Assembly: GCA_019343175.1 (NCBI GenBank)
Contig: CM033278.1
Span: forward strand, 14,929,400-14,993,399
DNA length: 64,000 nucleotides
Direction of reading: 5' to 3'
Source: Oedothorax gibbosus
Taxonomy: Eukaryota
The translations under genes and the position numbers were made by a program. Positions 61,501 to 64,000 of this stretch are shown here, in pieces (the stretch's first letter is position 1; each line of letters opens with the position of its first letter). The notes under the pieces were generated by a model. That model searched no databases. It saw only the letters and a list, made by a program, of their open reading frames with translations, and was not told where the DNA came from.

Positions 61501-62147
61501 TCTTAAAATACAAAGCGAGAGAGAGAATTCTTTCATTAAAATATAGTGGATAGAAAGTGGCTGACAAATAAAATAGGTTTTTTTTATCAGCTGTCGGTAT
61601 TTTTCATTTGAATAAAATATTACCCATAGGTATATAATGAAAGTAGCATTTGTAGTAGGGTAAGAGAAATTCGCTACACTAAACTTTGTAAATAAAATGT
61701 AATACAACTGAAACTTACTTTTAACAGCGCTTCATTGACAAGCAAAAATCCAACAGAAGCATACTTTTGCAGACTTTTCAAAGAAGAAACTGGATCAGAG
61801 ATGTCCAGAAACATAAAAGGAGAAGATATCTTCGAAATTCTACAAGAAAAAATATAAATTTCTTCAAATCGAAATTTCTATTTTTGTGATGTTTTTAGTC
61901 CCTAAAAGCTTGAATAAAATTTCACTTACCCTAAAATAAGTGCTGGAAGTGCTACACTAGGTTTCACAAGACACCCTATGGCGGAATGCAATGGGATTTC
62001 CATTTTTAAAACTTCAACAATATCACTGATACTGCTGTTTAACTGATTAAAATCCATAGTTTCTTTCTTTTCAAAGTTATAAAAAGCTACATTAAAAGTA
62101 TTTTTTGAACTGTCCTTAAATAAATCATACAAAGTTATATCTCCCAT
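49513..62147 (-). CDS. AASDH: AASDH/ACSF4-like NRPS-type enzyme (adenylation domain, phosphopantetheine carrier domain, PQQ beta-propeller). 14 exons: 62147-61930, 61839-61719, 60583-60339, 59268-59079, 58492-58269, 57564-57482, 57018-56632, 55599-55493, 54947-54481, 54004-53820, 52432-52272, 51183-51058, 50719-50588, 49893-49513 (3027 nt = 1008 aa + stop)
   Basis: AMP-binding core YIIQTSGTTGTPKIVQVPHQCIVPN (human YVLHTSGTTGIPKIVRVPHKCIVPN). Adenylation blocks: SPLSFDPSIVEIFLAIVSG, LRVLAFGGE and YGVTEISCWAS. A10-like RRTGDFAIKTAHGLHFLGRKDKIIKYNGQKL. PCP serine motif SGGDSFSAV. PQQ repeats: KCVDASP, FIGSHSG, KSSPVV…YFGSRD, GKPLFSSPV, ATPFIFQ and EIFSSPVVL…IGCRDNNVYC. All junctions are AG/GT with matching phases, the total is divisible by 3, and frames agree with track ORFs 61926.., 59022.., 56597.., 54477.., 53797.., 52182.. 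and 49513... Start is the first real ATG at 62147 (MGDITLYDLF), because the track ORF begins at a TTG at 62183. Confidence 0.88.
52612..53449. mobile_element. hAT-type MITE (838 bp) in AASDH intron 10: TIR CAGGGCTGGGCYGTTAC with perfect 8-bp TSD CCAGACAA (52604-52611 and 53450-53457)
   Basis: TIR and TSD read directly. Interior is rich in GTAAC/GTTAC repeats. Track ORF 53009..53221 is inside it. Confidence 0.8.
56285..56495. repeat. 24-bp minisatellite x~8 (TAATGTAACTGAGTTACTTTTTAA; the first two units are 31-bp variants) in AASDH intron 7
   Basis: Read directly. Track ORF 56283..56627 (…LLKSNSVTLLKSNSVT…) is its artefact. It shares GTTAC/GTAAC motifs with the MITE at 52612-53449 and the CAGGGTTTGG-initiated segment at 55975-56110. 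Confidence 0.8.
60255..60268. repeat. C14 homopolymer in an AASDH intron
   Basis: Read directly. Confidence 0.85.
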
Positions 62148-62468
62148 TTTCGACAAAAGGGAAAAAAGAGTATCTAAATTCAATTTAAAGTCTACTCTAC
62201 ATTATTATTCACAACTTTGGTTAAATGTACACTTTTTTCAAAATACACCTTCCACACTTTTGATAAAGCAAAAGATTTTAGCAAGTATTTTTTGAACTGT
62301 CCTTAAATAAATCATACAAAGTTATATCTCCCATTTTCGACAAAAGGGAAAAAAGAGTATCTAAATTCAATTTAAAGTCTACTCTACATTATTATTCACA
62401 ACTTTGGTTAAATGTACACTTTTTTCAAAATACACCTTCCACACTTTTGATAAAGCAAAAGATTTTTT
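62096..62468. repeat. Tandem duplication of a ~187-bp unit (62096-62282 and 62283-62468) spanning the AASDH start codon, its first ~17 codons and ~135 bp upstream
   Basis: The two units are near-identical on direct reading. Copy 1 carries the ATG at 62147. Copy 2 carries an identical ATG at 62334 followed by the same codons, then TGC TAA. Confidence 0.85.
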
Positions 62469-63619
62469 AAAAACACTTTTTAGTTGGGAATTTTTAGAAT
62501 AAAGAGTGAGTACTGCTAAAATATTTCAAATTTATAATATTTCGATTGTTTTTTTTTGTACTATATCAGTAGTTCAAATCAGCTGTTGTTTCAAATTGAG
62601 AACTCTAAACTGGTGATTGCAAAAGATAACTGAAGGTTTTATCGAAAGCATTTTACACTTCAATGATTGGTTTCGTCATGAAGAGCTCGAGATTGAATTC
62701 GTCATGAAGCTCCCGCCCATGGCACGTTTTTGCAAATCCCAAATTAATGCTCCTTAATAATTGAATTCGGGTACACCACCATGGTATTTGTGCCAAATAT
62801 AGGGATAAAATGCCAAAACTAGAAAAAGTTTTCAGCACGACTGTCTCCATCCTACAAAACATATCGGGACTGGCAATCAAAAAACACTTCTGCGCATGCT
62901 CCACTGCTCAATCGAGCATAACTGAAGGGAAACGCGAAAGATCTCAGTTTGTCGTATTTGGCCCTGTATCTTTTTCTTGGCAGTTTTCAAACTTTTCAAA
63001 GTTTTTTATTTGGTTTTGTTTACATTACAAACTGTTGCCAAAAATAGGATTGATAAAAAACCTCTATGAAAATAAAAGTAATAATTTTAACTCTTAAGGG
63101 AAAGAGGGTACATTCATTTTATTATTTTTAGGATTTATTTATAGATTAGTTTATTTTCTGATGGTAGGTGATTTGTCACAATGTGCTACAGCACTGGGTA
63201 CATTGAGTCAAGCATGCACATTGCAACACGTTACATATAATCATAGTTTCTTACAATTAACAATGAGACGATTATATTTTTGCAAGTAAAATGCTTAGTT
63301 GTGGTAAAAAAAATCATTGAAATTACATAAAGGTCTAGATGGGGAGTTTTAAAAACACTCATTACTTTGTCCCAATATCCAATATGTCCTATGTATATTA
63401 TGGCCCTATTGCATTCCCAATAGCTCTTTAAAATTAAATGATTTAATAATCGCAAATTAAAGCTTAAACTGTGTGAATTTATTTGTATCTTAGAATTCTT
63501 AGCCTTTTACATCTGTAACATTATATATATTTTATTATCTTATATCTTATAAATAAGACCAACTATGCCATCTTAGATTAATTTCACTTTTTCAGGCTAT
63601 TATAAAAGGATCTATTACA

Positions 63620-63795
63620 ATAAAATATTTATTTTAAGTACGGTACTCAAAGGCATTTGGCAAAGATCTTCGCAAATGTTTATTGACGAAGAACGTCGTA
63701 ATTTAGAACCAAAGTCAAAGTGACGAGACGACACCTGAGTAGGCACCGAAACCGAACTCACATTTTAAGGGCGACATCGTACGCGGCGCCAGGAC
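63620..63795 (-). mobile_element. 5'-truncated inverted copy of the SINE body seen at 20010-20150
   Basis: Its reverse complement contains GATGTCGCCCTTAAAA…TTTGACTTTGGTTCTAAATTACGAC, matching the 19.9-20.2 kb element. Confidence 0.4.
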
Positions 63796-64000
63796 ATGGG
63801 AGCATAAAAGTATTAGGAATTTTTATGAATATAATTATTTTCGATTTTTACACACATTTAATACTTAATTACATAATTTTATAATTACATTTTTTTTTAA
63901 ATGATAAGGTATACTTTTTAGCTTTTACAACCAACAATAAGAGGCCAAAATGATTAACGTTTTAAATTTGATACAGGTATAAAATATAGGTGAGTAACTT

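Noticed and set aside
61926-62183. Track ORF start at 62183 for AASDH
   Set aside because: Position 62183 is TTG. The first in-frame ATG is 62147 (MGDITLYDLF…), which aligns with the AASDH N-terminus.
62653-63097. Track ORFs 62653..62904(-) and 62810..63097(+) upstream of AASDH
   Set aside because: No recognisable domain and low complexity. Reading frames are mutually overlapping and AT-rich, so this is probably non-coding promoter-proximal sequence.

Overview
This window is eukaryotic (metazoan) nuclear DNA, not prokaryotic. It is AT-rich with multi-kb spliced introns, GC-richer exons, a (TA)n microsatellite and many MITEs, SINE-like and retrotransposon sequences. The supplied ORF track appears prokaryote-style: several 'M' starts are TTG or GTG codons, and many of its ORFs are antisense or repeat artefacts. 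I therefore re-derived gene models by reading splice sites (AG|exon|GT) and checking reading-frame continuity. Six protein-coding genes are supported: (1) a Ser/acidic-rich protein with a C2H2-like zinc-finger exon (minus, ~1-4.85 kb; identity unknown). (2) Ribosomal protein L23a/uL23 (minus; 5 coding exons over 7.39-19.02 kb with a 6.9-kb intron full of transposons). (3) Major vault protein MVP (minus; 14 coding exons over 23.66-38.72 kb, total 2616 nt = 871 aa) with a truncated Ty3/gypsy-like retroelement in intron 2. (4) NACA (minus; intronless, GC-rich, 216 aa). (5) EMC1 (plus; single 911-aa exon, head-to-head with NACA). (6) AASDH/ACSF4-like NRPS-type enzyme (minus; 14 exons over 49.5-62.1 kb, total 3027 nt = 1008 aa). 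MVP is reported absent from Drosophila and nematodes, while NACA and RPL23A look arthropod-like, so a non-dipteran arthropod or another invertebrate is likely; no species is claimed. Most of the rest of the window is transposon-derived and several intervals can be delimited: hAT-type MITEs with perfect 8-bp target-site duplications, a 2.2-kb element with ~290-bp terminal inverted repeats, large perfect palindromes, a tRNA-Cys-like SINE head, and 25-bp minisatellites embedded in hAT-like elements. No CRISPR array, operon or prokaryotic defence-type system is present. The points most worth a second look are: the intronless EMC1 with a sharp composition break inside the ORF; a retroelement flanked by 71-bp direct repeats that contain its own pol stop codon; and a 187-bp tandem duplication that duplicates the AASDH start codon.
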